Positions 14,057 to 14,186 of a DNA stretch of 14,186 nt are shown here, piece by piece (positions within the stretch are counted from its first letter, which is position 1; each line of letters starts with the position of its first letter). Origin of the DNA: Pedosphaera sp. (GTDB lineage: Bacteria; Verrucomicrobiota; Verrucomicrobiia; Limisphaerales; JADLHS01); assembly GCA_009695195.1 (NCBI GenBank), contig SIBJ01000102.1, positions 1 to 14,186 on the forward strand, in the 5' to 3' direction. Both the position numbers and the translations under genes were made by a program. The notes under the pieces were generated by a model. It saw nothing but the letters and a program-made list of their open reading frames with translations. It had not been told where the DNA came from and made no database searches.

Positions 14057-14160
14057 TGTCGGACACCTGTTCCGATTCATGTCGGACAGTGTTCCGGGGC
14101 TGTCGGACAGTGGTCGGAGCGAAGCGACGCTCTGGAGGAGTGATAAAGGGGTGTCCGACA
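14057..14160. promoter_or_regulatory. array of TGTC-N-GACA palindromic boxes (three direct 21-23-bp repeats plus one inverted copy)
   Basis: TGTCGGACA occurs at 14057-14065, 14080-14088 and 14101-14109. Each is followed by a related 9-mer: CCTGTTCCG, GTGTTCCGG and GTGGTCGGA. The inverted variant TGTCCGACA is at 14152-14160. Spacings are 23, 21 and 51 bp. The array runs up to the window edge. Confidence 0.5.
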
Positions 14161-14186
14161 GGAGTCAAGGTTTGGCCCCACTTTTC

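Noticed and set aside
13856-14143. Small ORFs 13856..14080- (74 aa) and 13877..14143+ (88 aa)
   Set aside because: They overlap each other and the TGTCNGACA repeat array and have no recognisable motifs. There is no start-context support. Left uncalled.
1-14186. Scan for tRNA, rRNA, transposase/integrase, toxin-antitoxin pairs
   Set aside because: Intergenic regions show no tRNA-like T-loop/acceptor signature (GTTCGAATC-type box) and no rRNA-like conserved blocks. No ORF translation shows a DDE, tyrosine-recombinase or serine-recombinase motif. Nothing could be supported.

Overview
High-GC (roughly 60-65%) bacterial chromosomal window. It carries 14 supportable protein-coding genes, tightly packed and mostly on the minus strand. 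Start codons lack obvious Shine-Dalgarno sequences. By inference only, this fits an SD-poor lineage such as Verrucomicrobia or Planctomycetes; it is not a taxonomic call. Gene content in order: (1) a 5'-truncated dGTPase-like HD phosphohydrolase. (2) A minus-strand operon-like cluster: PLDc_N small membrane protein, a lower-GC polytopic membrane protein, a beta-carbonic anhydrase with a C-terminal extension, and a membrane-anchored hypothetical. (3) An NfeD-flotillin pair joined by an ATGA overlap. (4) A CII-like HTH regulator. (5) Divergent glucose-6-phosphate 1-epimerase and class I xylose isomerase. (6) A minus-strand signalling operon: stand-alone receiver, HisKA(no ATPase)-REC-class III nucleotidyl cyclase, and a secreted CE4 polysaccharide deacetylase with a large uncharacterised C-terminal domain. 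(7) A second lower-GC membrane-protein gene. The noncoding DNA is unusually rich in long palindromes: two extended hairpins of about 150-170 bp, a two-copy REP-like palindromic element family of about 80 bp, a tandem octamer repeat, and an array of TGTCNGACA repeats at the 3' window edge. I found no rRNA, tRNA, CRISPR array, transposase or integrase. The long antisense ORFs in the track are GC-driven shadow ORFs.
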